Part shown: one piece after another, positions 49,873-63,899 of the stretch
Numbering within the stretch: position 1 is the first letter of the stretch
How the letters are laid out: every line of letters starts with the position of its first letter
DNA from: Chara braunii
Taxonomy: Eukaryota > Plantae > Charophyceae
Length of the DNA stretch: 63,919 nt
Direction: 5' to 3'
Assembly: GCA_003427395.1 (NCBI GenBank)
Contig: BFEA01000045.1
Location: forward strand, 1,617,264-1,681,182
Notes under the pieces: model-generated
Databases searched by the model: none
Told to the model about the DNA's origin: nothing
Seen by the model: the letters and a program-made list of their open reading frames with translations, nothing else
Program-made: the position numbers and the translations under genes

Positions 49873-52143
49873 GAAAGTGTTTGGATCTTGTTAGACTTGG
49901 TCTTAGACTTGGTCTATGAGGGAAGTAACTACTACGTGCCGCAGGAAAGTAGGGGGTGAATCCCTAATCTTCTCTGTGACATGTGGGTTCGCCAACATAG
50001 GACGAGACAGTACATCTCGAAGCATGTATGATGAGGTTGTTTACCAAATCGCCAAGGGTCTACAAGGTGCAAGTGCTGGAATCGGAGGGAGATGCAGTGA
50101 GGCTTGATCCTTGAGCGGGGTTCAGGAATAAGATGTTATGCCTTAGAGAAAGGATTACACTGCCCTTCGACATAATATATTTCTGTCAAAGCTTCGGGAA
50201 GTATAATATAATGTTTTTTATTACTGTTGCATTTGAAAACCTTCATGGTTGAAAAATTTAACTTGATCATGATATCATTATTTATTCATGATTACTACTT
50301 CTCCATTACGATACATGACATTACAAATTATTATTATTATTATTGCATGATCAGGATCATAGGAAGAGATAAATTTTAAAGAGCGAATGAGAGTTTAGCA
50401 ATAAGGTCCGGTAAGGAACTGATAAGACAGACTGACTCTAAGGCAGGGACTATCCTGCATATCCTTGAGTTGAGGTTGTTCAAATCTGAGTATGTGTGTG
50501 GCTTTGAGGCTATTTTTGGTTCGTTTTAAGTGAGATATCCCAACTTTATACATAATAAAGGTCTGAGGCTTCTTCTTTGTCTGACGATCGCTATTACTCT
50601 CACGTGCGGGGATTTATCCTGATGTATGATGATTTTTTGTGCAAGAGGTGTACAGGACGCATCTCATACGTTTTGTGAATGTGAAATGTGTAAACTGTCT
50701 ACTCTCTGATATACTCGCGCAATCTGCCTACAGACAGACGATAGGCTCGAGTATAAGAAGGAGGCGCGCAGTCCGTTTGGTGAAAATGTGTGAAAATCCC
50801 AAGGGATTTATGAGTCTTTTGATACTCAAATGCTTTTCCATGCCGAACGTTATTTGTTGAGTTGAGACGAGGACCCACAAGTTGGTCTCTCAGTAATGAG
50901 TATTTATGGTTAATTCCCCTCCATGTGGGAGGTGGTTGTGAGAATTTATGGTTGGCTTTCCTCCGTGTGGGAGGTGGTGATGAGACTTTATAAGTGAGTC
51001 CCCTACAAAAGTGGAAGGTGGTTAAATGATTTAAATGGCATGGAAAGCGATTTGAATGATAAAGTCTGACGAGAAAGACCAAGAGAAATTATTATTTTGG
51101 TGAAAATTTTGGAAGGTCGAGAAATTGGTGAAATTTTGAGAGATGTCTGTAAGATGTGTGGTCTGCTTCACTCTGATCAAGTGGGAGGCCATGGCCCTGT
51201 GAATCTGGCGGTGATGTTTTTATGTGGATTTTTGAGAGGACGCAGTGCTCTCTATATTGTTTTACAGAGAGCTGGTAAATGCCTCTGAGACTTTTGAGTG
51301 CGACAGACCTCTGCGTAGTCCCGCAGTAGGCCTGAGATTATTGCGACACACTGTCCAATCACTGTGATGCTGATCTTAAGACATATATGAGAGACCCAGC
51401 TAGGGGTTAATCTGGCATCACTAGGGCGCAACCCTTAGTGTTGGCTGCTGACCGGCGTAAGTTGGCAGCGGGTCCACGTCTCACCAAAGGGTAAGGCTTG
51501 AAGGGTGTGGCCGCCTCAAGAGAGTCTTATTCCCGCGGGATGTCGGAGAGATAAGAGTCGAGTCGTATTTTTTGTGATTCCTGATAGTATCATTTATCAG
51601 GAGAATCGCCAATCGTTGCGCAACCAACGAGGGTACCGTCGCTAAAATAACAACGCGTCGGGCCGTAGATCTGGCTCGATCAACCAGGCAATGGTGGACC
51701 AATATGGAGACCTGACTCTACTGTACTAGACTGCAGGAGAGATATGTGATAAAAGTTATATATATATATATATATTTTTTTTTTTTGAGTATTTCGTGAG
51801 AAAGGCGATGGTGCCTTCAAAAGGTCTCGGTTAGGGCCCGCGTCCTAAGTTATGACCCTGCATGTAGGACGATGACTAAACAGGACACCCAACGATGAAC
51901 CGGCAGATGTCTAGGACAAAGGGAGACGCTTATCAGCAACTACCCAGCATGAACTTTATGTTGTAGTACTGATCTAGTATACCTGCCTGCGCAGGAGACC
52001 CAGAGTAAAACCCTCGCAGCAGCAAGGCATATTGGGTACTGTCTGTTAAACACTCGAACGGATTCAGTCGGCCAGTCGGATTGGTCATTTTCTTGTCAGC
52101 ATTTGGAGTGGTGGATGAATTGATAGTTTTTTTATTATCTGAT

Positions 52144-52178
52144 GTGACGGGGACGTCACTTAATAAGGTTCGGTAAGC
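52144..52178 (+). promoter_or_regulatory. 3' hairpin + degenerate polypurine tract
   Basis: GTGACG-GGGA-CGTCAC-TTAATAAGGTTCGGTAAGC immediately before the 3' LTR; same arrangement as element B. Confidence 0.7.
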
Positions 52179-55100
52179 TGTCGGCGCGAATACCCTTACA
52201 AGGGTATCCGCCCCGGTTTTTGCAAGTGACAGAAGATAAGGTTTGTTTAGGATCTGAGTATACCGTGCGAGGTTGCGGTCATGTTTGATTCGCGTTGACT
52301 AAATGGTTGGCGAGGAGTAGAGAGTGTGTGGGCGCACAGTTTTGAGGCGCGCGCGGTGTTTTTTTTTCTCTTGAGGCTATAGAGCCGGCATGTCCGCCGA
52401 CAACATCTTTTGGCTTGAGTAAAGCTAGGGAAAGTTTCGTTTATTGAACTGACTGTGGTGCACCTTCATTCATGCGGCATGCGCCGTTCATAGTAGATTT
52501 GCTAGGTGGCGGCACACTTGTGCTGCATGTGCGACGATAGCAAAAGGAAGAAATTCGCCCCTTCATACAGCAAGGGTCGGAGCGTAGGCACCATAGACGC
52601 AGGCGGTGGCCGCCGCGCGGTATCATGGGGGCCACAGGTGTGACATACCGAGCAAAATCCGGCCCCTAACCGCATGTGCGTGCGTACAGGTCCGTGGGCT
52701 TGAGTGGGGGATCACGCAGCAGCCTTAGTACTGCTGCTACAGGCCCAGGCTGGCTGTAGCTACCGTTCATATACAAGGCCTCGCGCAACCAATCTAGGCT
52801 TGGGCTTAGCCCTAGTGGTTACAGTGCCAGACTTTCACCGGGTGGATCTTGGGATCGAGGCCAGCAGGGAGCAGCGGAGCAGCGGAGGAGCGCATCGGAG
52901 TGAGCCGAGGGGTTGCGGGTCCTACAGGGCTATCCCCCTTGGCTTTTTGCGGGGGGCTCTGACAGCGGGCCCGCGAGGTGGGACCGAGGTTGGGTTCCGA
53001 TGGTTCCGCTCCCCCTAGCAGCTCTTTCCGAAATTCTCTTCTAGAATTGTTATTATTCTTGTTTTTATTTATTATTTATCTTATCCCACTTCGGAACGTA
53101 GTCCGGTACCGGTCTCAGGACCGGCCGTGACCCCACGCATGAACCGTTGGGGCACGGGCCGAGGAGCCCAACGTACATGCGAGTCGGAGGGTGATTAGCC
53201 CACGAGGCGGAAGAAACCTGTGTGGCAGTTCAGCGTTCGCCAACCCCGGTCTGCTGTGAAAAGGGTTGAGTGGGAGTATGCCCGTCGGGGCCCGCGAGGC
53301 GCAGGACCGGTCACACAGATTCGCCAAGGACCTAAATGTACCATTTGTGTGCCTGTTGGCAAGCAGCCTGTGTGGCCGCAAGACAAGGGGAATTCGCGGT
53401 CAACAACTCTTGCACCGATTGTGGGTGGTGTCGTGCGACCAGCAAAGTATCAAGTCGCCGGTACCGCGAACGACCAGGGCCTTGTCCCATCTGAAAAGGA
53501 ACAGCAGTGGGACCTGACCATGCCCAAAACTTCAGATTGGCCTGTCCCAGATCTGCATATTTTGCAGATTTGGGGCGCAGTGTGAGCATGCCTGTTGGGG
53601 CCTGAAAGGTGGTGAACTGTGCCAGGGCCAAGCGGCCCAAGGCACAGTGGGGAGGCACACAACTGTAGCCAACTGGTCGCATAGAAACCCCCCGTCCTGC
53701 TGTTTCATTTTATTTTTGTTTTATTTTATTTTTGTGTACCCTTTTGTTTCCATCCTGAAACACGGCCCATGTGCTGGTTCCGGGACTGGCAAAGGTACCC
53801 AAGAGCCTAGCTCAGTGGGTACGCCCATGAACTGTTGAAAATATAGACCTCTGCGTAAACCCAGATACAATCAGATGCCCAGAGTAACGTATTTTTTTTG
53901 AATTACCTAGAGGCCAGCCAGTCCCGAGGTATTACCTCATGGCTATGCCCACAGGTTGGTCCTTCGGGATGTCCGTTATGATTGGAAAAATACCGAGGCT
54001 GCGGGGGCGGTCACATGCGTTTGGGCGTTTGCGGTGACTGAAAATCCGGCTTTGCTGCTCCCTGAATTGTAGTCATGAGAGGCAACTTCTGCAGTAGGCC
54101 TGGCACCAGTTCCGGGACTGGTAGTAAGACCAACTGGCTCGACATAGTTGGCACACCCGTGAACTGTTGAAGTGCAGACCTGTGTTCCTGCTCCGCTGGT
54201 ACGAGGCGGGTGATACCGGCCGTGGGCCAGTCACTATGCGTCCCCTCCGGTCCCCTCCCCCTTTCGTTGTTCCTAATTCTTCTTCTAAGTTCTATCAATA
54301 TTTTTAAATTTTTTATTTTTCTTATTTGTTATTTTAGTCTCAGGGGGACGCGGCCCGGTGCGGGTACCGGGACCGGCCGTGAGGGCCAAGAGCCTCGTTC
54401 AGTGGATACACCACTGAACTGTGGAAATACAGACAGTGTCCCAGTCCTTCGGGACATCTAGTAGAGTTGGANNNNNNNNNNNNNNNNNNNNNNNNNNNNN
54501 NNNNNNNNNNNNNNNNNNNNNNNNNNNNNNNNNNNNNNNNNNNNNNNNNNNNNNNNNNNNNNNNNNNNNNNNNNNNNNNNNNNNNNNNNNNNNNNNNNNN
54601 NNNNNNNNNNNNNNNNNNNNNNNNNNNNNNNNNNNNNNNNNNNNNNNNNNNNNNNNNNNNNNNNNNNNNNNNNNNNNNNNNNNNNNNNNNNNNNNNNNNN
54701 NNNNNNNNNNNNNNNNNNNNNNNNNNNNNNNNNNNNNNNNNNNNNNNNNNNNNNNNNNNNNNNNNNNNNNNNNNNNNNNNNNNNNNNNNNNNNNNNNNNN
54801 NNNNNNNNNNNNNNNNNNNNNNNNNNNNNNNNNNNNNNNNNNNNNNNNNNNNNNNNNNNNNNNNNNNNNNNNNNNNNNNNNNNNNNNNNNNNNNNNNNNN
54901 NNNNNNNNNNNNNNNNNNNNNNNNNNNNNNNNNNNNNNNNNNNNNNNNNNNNNNNNNNNNNNNNNNNNNNNNNNNNNNNNNNNNNNNNNNNNNNNNNNNN
55001 NNNNNNNNNNNNNNNNNNNNNNNNNNNNNNNNNNNNNNNNNNNNNNNNNNNNNNNNNNNNNNNNNNNNNNNNNNNNNNNNNNNNNNNNNNNNNNNNNNNN

Positions 55101-58100
55101 NNNNNNNNNNNNNNNNNNNNNNNNNNNNNNNNNNNNNNNNNNNNNNNNNNNNNNNNNNNNNNNNNNNNNNNNNNNNNNNNNNNNNNNNNNNGGGAGAGAA
55201 GAGGTAGAGAGGGCGTACCTCGCTCATTCCGTGATGAAAGTGAGCAAGGAGAGGTGGTAAGTATAGGTTTTTTAGCCGGGCGAAGCAGATGGTAAGGTTA
55301 GATTGGCAGGAGGATTAGTGGTTAAAGTGAGGGATGGAGAGATGGTTGCGCCGAGGCATCCGAAGATGGATATGGCCGGGAATGGAGATCGAGTATCTCG
55401 CTCGTTTCTTGGCGAAACCGAGCGAGAGAAGACTCGTTTCAGGGGCTTTTGGGCCAGGGCGAACTCATTAGTAAAGTTAGTTTTGTTGTTAGAGTAGTGG
55501 GAAAAGGTTGAGTAGGAGAAAGTAGTGCGCGGAGCTCGGGGAACGAAGATATGGAGGGAGCAAAAAGCAGATATCCCAGTCGATTCTTGATAGAATCGAG
55601 TGTGGGAAGGGGCTAATCTGGGATTTTTGGCCATGACGAACAGGATGGCATAGTTAGTTTTCAGGTTGGGGCAATAGTTTTCGAGATACAGTAGGTTTGG
55701 GCTGCGCCTAAGAGAAAGTGGCAATGTACCTTCCCATGTTGGGGTGGAAGATACATTCTCAAGTTATGTAACTTTTTTTATCACTAGTAGAGTGATGAAT
55801 CTCGGGCTCATTCGTGTGGTCCTTGTCAGGATATGGTTCTTTACGTTCGTCACGATCGCGTTGCTCACACAATATCTGGTGGTTATTCTTGTAATCCATC
55901 TCTTAATCTGAGTTGTGCTCGTCAGTACGATAGTATTCGTCGGGATGATCACAGCCATGATGATTCGTGATCCTTTGTTGCTACACGGAAGCCTCCCTCT
56001 CCTTCAAAAGATCACGGTAAGCCTCCTCTGGAGTGATGACCTGTGCATGAGAGAGAGAAAGAGAGAGAGAGAGAGGGAGAAAAGATGAATAGGACGCTCT
56101 ATGCCTCGTTAGTTGAGCTGTCCAATGCATCGCTCTACCTGGCCTGCACAAGACCAAGAAGATGGCATGTATGCATTCTTTTTTTTTTTTTTTTTTTTTT
56201 CCTCTCAACTTTGATTTAGTTTTTAATTATTATTATTGTTATTATTATTTATTTTGAGTTAAGTTGACCGTAATTTTAGTCAGATGCATTCATGATAGTT
56301 GAGTGTAAAGGGGGGACGAGTGATGGGACGAGCACACTAAGAAGCCGTAGAGGGGCAGTTGTATGGGGGTAGCAGGTACAAGTACCAGGAGAAAAGTCAT
56401 GCTGCCCATCTAGTAAGGAGCACGTACCTGGCCAAGATTGCAGACTGATCCCTTGGAAACACAGGCTACAGATACTGAGGGAGACTAGCGGCAAAAGCTG
56501 ATCTGTAGACTCACTTCTGAGAAAGAGCGCTTTGATTAAGCAAGGGACAAATTTGTGCATCTTGCCGGCACTTTGACCCGGCTTATTGAAAGGTCAAAAA
56601 CATGGTGAGCATGGGCAGCGCGACAAAAAGGGGGGGGGGGCAGCCATAAGGAAGACAGGATGACTAAAGCAGGGATGTAGAGCAGGACTGGGGCGTACCT
56701 GTCTGGCGGAAGTTTGTTCGAGCATCCTCGGTAGATGCTCTAGTTGAAGATTGCACGGAGGTTCACCTACTGGTTGCACTTCCTATCCTACTCATTACGA
56801 GAGAGAGGAGCCAGCGACAGACCTGAAGATTCGTTCGCTGGTCTGGGGCGCGGACAGTGCTACACAAAGCAGATGGAGTGAGGGTTGGTCGGTGCACGTT
56901 GCGCCATCCTGCCGCACACTGCGGGTGAACCGCTGCAGGATGCAACGACATGTCGCTGAATGCTACCGCATGCTACTGGATGTTACTGCATGCTGTCGGA
57001 GACTATTGCTTGCTACTATATACTGTTGTGCACATGATGCACACTGCTGCATACGGCGGGCATACTGCTGCCTACTTTTGCCAGACTTGCTGTTAGGAGA
57101 CAACTGTATGAGCAGAGAAAGCGGTGATCCGACGACATGACAGACTAAATGGGCAGGTGCTGTTCGCAGCAGACAGGAGTGGGCAGGTGTGGCAAGCTGT
57201 GTGGAACTTAATGGGCGGCATCTGTATGTGGCTCACAGGTGTGCTTGCGAGAGTCCGTCGTGGTTCGCTGTTGCACTTCTGGCGGAGGGTGCTGTTTCCC
57301 TCAACCTGCTGGCATTGCTGCGCTACCGTGCGTAGCGTAAATTGCTGGGTTGGGCAGTACGGACCGCTGCCTTGGCCATACCTTGTCGTATTGCTGCCCG
57401 CTGATTACGTACAATCGCTGTGCAGGCAGCGCCCTGTTGGTTCGGACTGCGACTATTGCGTTTCGAATCAAACATGGGGGCGTGTTGTATTTGGACGATG
57501 CATTTCTAGGCTGCATAACTACGGTTTGGTCAGAGGGTAGTGCTGTGACTTTGGAGGAAAGGTCAGACTCAGCAAGGGGGTTCGGGGCTACGACCTGGAA
57601 GTCTGTCAGGGTGCTGTTCTCTACATCCTGGTCGCTGTTTGACCACTCTTACTGCGTGTTCTTGGCCATCATTGTGGGGCCCTGAGGCGCATCCTGACTC
57701 CAAGTCCCTCTCCCGTGAGTCTGAGCGCACCTCCCTTGTATCTGAGAGTCTTAATATCTTTACCTCTACCCTTCTTACTCTAAGTCTAATCTGAGGTTAC
57801 GAGAGGAAGGCGGCAGGCGGGATTGCAACCCGTAGGACCGCGCCAAGGCCTCCGTGGGAGGTTCGCCCGACCGATTGTGGGAACTCTGCCGGAACCCAGA
57901 CGGGGTTCTGGAGGCAGGGAACTACAGGTATAACCTCGTTGACACAAGTGATCCCTTCCCCTTACAGCTATCCCTCGTTATCTAAATATAACTATGACAG
58001 GATATTATTCTTTCTTTTGTTATGTATGTCAGGACATGCTTGGTGAAAGGATAAATGAACAACTATATATGAGAGGTCAGACAATGTTTGAGTAAAGTCA

Positions 58101-60426
58101 GACAAAATGAACAGGGGGAAGGTGGGAGGAAGGTGTATTGCATGCTTTGACCCGGTCAACCCAAGACTGAGCTCCTCTAAGTTGACGTGGGCTCAGGGCT
58201 GTATTTTATTTATTGTTGCTGGTTGATTGTATGATTGTGAGGGTTGGGCCTATCCTAAGTTGGACGGACCAATCACTGTTTTTTTCTGGGGTTGCTGAAC
58301 AGGAGGATGGGCACCCTTAGTTGGGAGGTCCCAGAACCCTGGTGTTTCTTTTGTGGGTTGCTGAAAACAGGACTGGGAATACTCTAAGTTGCGTGGACCG
58401 AGTTTTGTATGTGTTTCTTCTGAGGGGAACATCGGTATAAGGCTGAGCGTACCCTTAAGTTAGGGCGGATCAGTCATAAGCCATGAACGTAAAGGCCAAC
58501 GAAAAGTATGCAAATTTGATATATATTATACGAACTTATATCATCTGGCAGACAGGGCACCCTTAGTTGGGAAAGCCAGTCAATAAGTCAGGTAGAATAA
58601 AATGAAGAGAAAGGTGAATGAAGAATATAATGAAGGTAACCAGGGCAGGCTGAGCGTACCCTTAAGTTAGGGCGGTTCAGTCCTATGCTCGTAATAAGAC
58701 AAAGGTGGAGAGAGTTAGTATAAACTTGTTTTATTTTCCCTTCTAAACACAAGGCAGGATTGGGTGTCTCCCTAAGTTGGGTAGGTCTGATTATCTGCCA
58801 AATAAGAAAGAAGCATATGAAGTTCGTGCAAGTACATCAATGGTTGTTCGCCTATATTGTCGTTACGGAGACCAAGCGTACCCTTAAGTTAGGGCGGCTT
58901 AGTCATACGCCGTTGTACTTTGTTCAGACAGATCATGTCTTATGTAACTTAAATTGTTTTAAGCTAGCTAAGCGTACTCTCAAGTTAGGGCGGTCTAGTT
59001 ATATGCTCTTGTCGTTGATGTTATGTAGGTTGGACGTACCCTTAAGTTAGGGCGGTCTGACCATTTGTCGTTCGTACTCGTTTCAGGGAGGTTAGGCACA
59101 CCCCTAAGTTGGGGCAGTCTAATCCTANNNNNNNNNNNNNNNNNNNNNNNNNNNNNNNNNNNNNNNNNNNNNNNNNNNNNNNNNNNNNNNNNNNNNNNNN
59201 NNNNNNNNNNNNNNNNNNNNNNNNNNNNNNNNNNNNNNNNNNNNNNNNNNNNNNNNNNNNNNNNNNNNNNNNNNNNNNNNNNNNNNNNNNNNNNNNNNNN
59301 NNNNNNNNNNNNNNNNNNNNNNNNNNNNNNNNNNNNNNNNNNNNNNNNNNNNNNNNNNNNNNNNNNNNNNNNNNNNNNNNNNNNNNNNNNNNNNNNNNNN
59401 NNNNNNNNNNNNNNNNNNNNNNNNNNNNNNNNNNNNNNNNNNNNNNNNNNNNNNNNNNNNNNNNNNNNNNNNNNNNNNNNNNTTGTGAGAGATGTTTTTT
59501 ATGCATGCTTGGGGGCTCTCACTTTGGGGCGTCCTTTGATAGGATAGTTGCTTTAGACGCTCGCCGAGTGCTGGAGCCATAGGTAGATAAGATGGATGAT
59601 GGGAGGGAAAACTTGGGATGAAGATAGCATTGACCCTGCTAGGAGTTAGGATTAGTGCTAGCCCACAATCTCATCTACAGGTTGTACTAGCTGTCGTTGA
59701 TCCTGAATCATCAAGCAGGTGCCAGAAGTTAGTCCCAAGTATAGTTGTTTTGTCTTTTTTGTCTTTTCAACTCTGTATAAATCTTGGCAGACTCCTGTTC
59801 ATACGGGAAGCGCTGCCGAAATTTCTACAAATCTGAAAGAGTTCGTCATTTTTAGACTTGTAGAAATTCTGAGAGGGCACTTTTTCTACGGGAAGCGCTG
59901 CAGAAATTTTGTAGAACTTGGAGAGTTAGATTATTTTCAGCTAGAGGAAGTTTGGCAATCCATCCTGTTTAGGGGATATGCTGCCGAAGTTTCCTACATA
60001 AACATCAGAGGTTAGTTAGGAAGGTAGGGTTATTTTTTTATCCCTCAAGCATGGCTTGGGTACTGGCATGTGTTGCATTGCAGGTCATCTTTATTCAAAT
60101 TGATTCAAGGCTTGACTAGCATCAAGCTGATCCTACGGGGATCATCTTCTGTTATCTTTTGATAACAGGTCGGTTTCCGACTCAACTCTGATTCACTCTT
60201 GCCACTCAACCTAAAGGCTCTGGCCGTGTGGTTTGATTTATTCGTTGTGTTCTTACCCAAAGTTTAATTGAATGGTCATTTAATAAAGATGCTGAGTACT
60301 TTATTTTGAGAGTTGCGCAAAGAGTGAGGCTTGTATGACTAAAGCAAGGGGTGTGAGCGCAAAGAATGGTTGAAGTTGACCCCGTGTAGTGTGCGCTCTG
60401 TTGATGTGGATCTTTGATGTGATTAC
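52179..60426 (+). repeat. 3' LTR of element A, truncated ~1.1 kb before the expected end
   Basis: Collinear with the 5' LTR up to GATGTGATTAC, then unrelated. Contains two gaps and the second array copy (~58165-59127). Confidence 0.9.
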
Positions 60427-61309
60427 AAGTATGCAACAGAAAATTTATAAACTGAAATCATGTGGGAAAATTGAACTTTTAGTTTAACTTTAAAGTTTTT
60501 CATCCATATGACAACTTTCAGTTTTAATTCAAGAGTCATGCTGAATTTCTCTCCATCCATTATCATTCCTTCTTCCTTGGAACAAATTTTGTCATTTTAA
60601 TTTTTTTCACCCTGCTTTGTTCAATTATGATGTTGTTTTGGACTTCTTTCTTCCGCTAGAGCCACCCCTTTTGCAGGGCACATTTTTCTGTAGGTGGTAC
60701 TGCTTCACTTAGCCTTCGTCGGGTTCCAATGGCTGTTTATGAGCGTTGGTTATGACCAATGCTTGCCTGTTTATGAGCGTTGGCCATGACCAATGCTTGC
60801 CAGTTTCCGGGGCATAATTGTAGTGACCGCACTCAGGTGGATTTCCAATAAGGGCGGGTGGGGCATGGCCTTAGGAAATCAGGGGTGGGTTAAGAGATCG
60901 GTCATTTTCAGCATTGCAGCCAGATCTGTCCGCCCCTCAACCACCAATCTTTTTTTGTGCCTAAAACGACCCATTATTTTCGCCGCCGAGCCTGCGCCTG
61001 CATTCCAACGGTCACACCTGCTCCAAACCTTGGCGCGGCCGAAAGTACTCAGTGCGCCATGCCCGGGCCACGCCTTCGTCGGGTTGGAGGGGTCAGGCAA
61101 GATCGACAGGTGGGTAAGCCACTATTGTTGTGGAGGCTCCGGGTAACCCACTGTTGTCGTGGAGGCTGAGCACATCCAACCACCTCCCGTTTGTAGCCAG
61201 CAGCGTGCGAAAAAAGTGCTCGTCACACGGAGCTGAGCAATTTCTTGTTGGCAGCGACATTCGTGGTTCTTGCTTGAGCTGAAGGCGCGCCACACCGAGG
61301 TGAGCAATT

Positions 61310-61318
61310 CTTTTTTTT

Positions 61319-61374
<56 letters not shown>

Positions 61375-61945
61375 TCCGTCTCTCTCTGTGCCGCGCACGT
61401 ACAAACACTCTTCTGCATCCGCCTGTCTGTCTCGCTAACTCTACTGCTAGCTATCCCTATCCATAGTTGTTGAGCTGGCACCCAACTGTTTCGTAATTGT
61501 TCGTCAAGCTACAACTTCAAGTTGGCGAAAAGGAGGAGGATGAGCAGTGCCATACGTGCTCGTGTGCGTGGTTGTGCATGCCGGTGTGTTGGGCCGGTGT
61601 GTCAATAACATAGGGGTAAGCAACGAAGCTGTGCATGCGGGTGTGTCAGTCACAGCGTGGTGAGCAATTGTTCTCTCTCACATTATCTCNCCCCCTCTTG
61701 CGTGGTTGGGCACGCACACATACTTTTTCCTGTTTTTGTGTGATAAAGGTTTCCTTGTCATCTTACCAGCTACAAGCCTACAACTATTTCTTGTTTGAAA
61801 GATAGATGATTCTAAAAGATTAAAAGAAAGAACAAAAAGATCCATCATCTATTCATTGAGTAAGAAAATTAGCTCACCTGTATTTTGTTAGGTTTTCCTT
61901 TTTATTAGAATGTTTCCATTTAGTTTAATCTTTTGATTTACTATC

Positions 61946-61996
<51 letters not shown>

Positions 61997-62184
61997 GAGA
62001 GAGAGAGAGAGAGACGGGCAATCAATCAAATCCGTCAACAAGTAATTCAGGGAGTGCAAGAAACGAAAAGCGCTGCTTGGAGGAGAAGGGGAGAGAGACA
62101 AGGGAGAGGAGTCTTTTTGTGCTTTTGTTTCACACCCAAGCTCGTGGGGTCTACAATCAGTCGATTGTTTAGCAAACCTTGGAC

Positions 62185-62261
<77 letters not shown>

Positions 62262-62761
62262 GACGTGCAAAAAAGACGACAAAATACCAAAAAGAAGAAC
62301 CCATTTATAGTCAGATTCTCTATTGAAAGTCTTAGTGCGAATATCCTCTCCAACTTGCTTGTGCAACCACAAACATTTCCAAATGTCTTTCCATAGATTA
62401 CTCCCCCTCTGACAGTTCTCTTTTCCCTTTTTTTGGTTTCATTTTGTCTCTTTTTTTCCTTATCATTTCATATCTCTTGCTCCATCTCCATTTGCCCCTC
62501 GGCAAAGGTACCTGACGGTTGATCGAATCTGGAGCACTCTTTCTCTTTCTCCGCATCATTATCATCATCATCATTATCAACCGCTCCAGTCCAAATGAAG
62601 ATTACAACTTACAGTTCAAAAGCCTGTCCGTCACCTTTCCCCTCTTAACCCCCACCATTTCCGGTGACCAATCAACCACATCAGAACTGTGTACTATTTT
62701 TTCTCCCAACCCAACCAGCCCCTGTGCATGAATATCACAGACACGTTTAGAACTGGTAATG

Positions 62762-62829
<68 letters not shown>

Positions 62830-62830
62830 A
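61310..62830. repeat. Microsatellite cluster: (CT)n ~61323, (GA)n ~61949 and ~62187, (GT)n ~62766
   Basis: Perfect dinucleotide runs. Confidence 0.95.
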
Positions 62831-62899
62831 ATAAACTCCACGTGCAGCACACCCGTTTTTTTTTTTTTTTTTGTTCAATCAATCAATCTATCCATCAAC

Positions 62900-62932
<33 letters not shown>

Positions 62933-63118
62933 AATGGAAAAGAAAAACAAAGAAAGAAACGATTAAAACGTATTGAAAAAGTGAAAAACGGATTGGGGGG
63001 GAGAATCAAAGCTCTTCCCCCACGTTTCCCCCTTGCCCATTGCCGCCCTCCCCTGCCCTTTTCATTTTCCCTAGGCCTTCCCTGCCTTTCCACGTTGTTC
63101 CCATCTCTCCCCCTCTTC

Positions 63119-63172
<54 letters not shown>

Positions 63173-63173
<1 letters not shown>

Positions 63174-63899
63174 GAGCTCGAAACTTGGTTGCATCAGATG
63201 GATACAGCGAATGAACAAAAGTTCTTATCTCCATAAAGGTCAGAAAAAAATGGTTCATGGTAATAATGATTTCTGCCTATCATTCTTTATTGCCAGACTT
63301 CATGATAATCCTCTCTGTATTGCCAGGCTTCATGATAATCCTCTCTGTATGGTTCTTTTTTCCCGAATATTGGGATGGGCCACCTCTCTGTGCAAATGAT
63401 TAGTGCATACTCACGCTAGCACGGTTAGGATGTATTTGGTCGCAGTGATGACCCACCGTGGAGGCATGTGGCCACAATTACGGCCAGAGCTCAATTGAGA
63501 AGGTCCTAGTATGAGTATTCTCTTATCCGAAAGGGTGAGAGGTATATCCCTCCAATTTTGATGGAATGACTGGCCCAGAGGCATAGTAACTGCGCCATTG
63601 CCACCCCTCCCTTACGCAGCCCCCCCCCCCCACCACACACACAAAAAGAAAAAGGAAAAAAAAAGACCAAAGAAAAGACGTCACTTCCCGCCAAAAACAA
63701 CAGCCCAGCCCGTACGTGTGAAGAAACCTGTGNTGTCTGATCGCCCATCCAATGGACAATGTGAAAATGGATTTCAACAATGACTTCGCGGCCTAATGAG
63801 CCGAACCCTTCCATTTGGCCATTTTTTTCGGAACTTTATGGAGATAAGAACTTTTGTTCATTCGCCGTATCCATCTGATGCAACCAAGTTTCGAGCTCA
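63173..63899. mobile_element. MITE with ~85-bp TIRs and TA flanks (Tc1/mariner- or Stowaway-like)
   Basis: TA|TGAGCTCGAAACTTGGTTGCATCAGATGGATAC...GTATCCATCTGATGCAACCAAGTTTCGAGCTCA|TA, with a non-coding interior. Confidence 0.8.

Larger units (their letters stand above)
39461..60426 (+). mobile_element. Element A: non-autonomous Athila-like Ty3/gypsy LTR retrotransposon (LARD-like) with giant LTRs; 3' LTR truncated
   Basis: Direct repeats of >8 kb, TGTCG...CGACA LTR ends, tRNA-Asp PBS, 3' hairpin + PPT-like segment, and an RNase H-like remnant. No intact gag/pol. Confidence 0.9.

Noticed and set aside
39461-60426. Simple segmental duplication or haplotype misassembly
   Set aside because: The repeat starts exactly at TG after a hairpin/PPT, the first copy ends in CA before a PBS, and the copies differ by many substitutions and indels.
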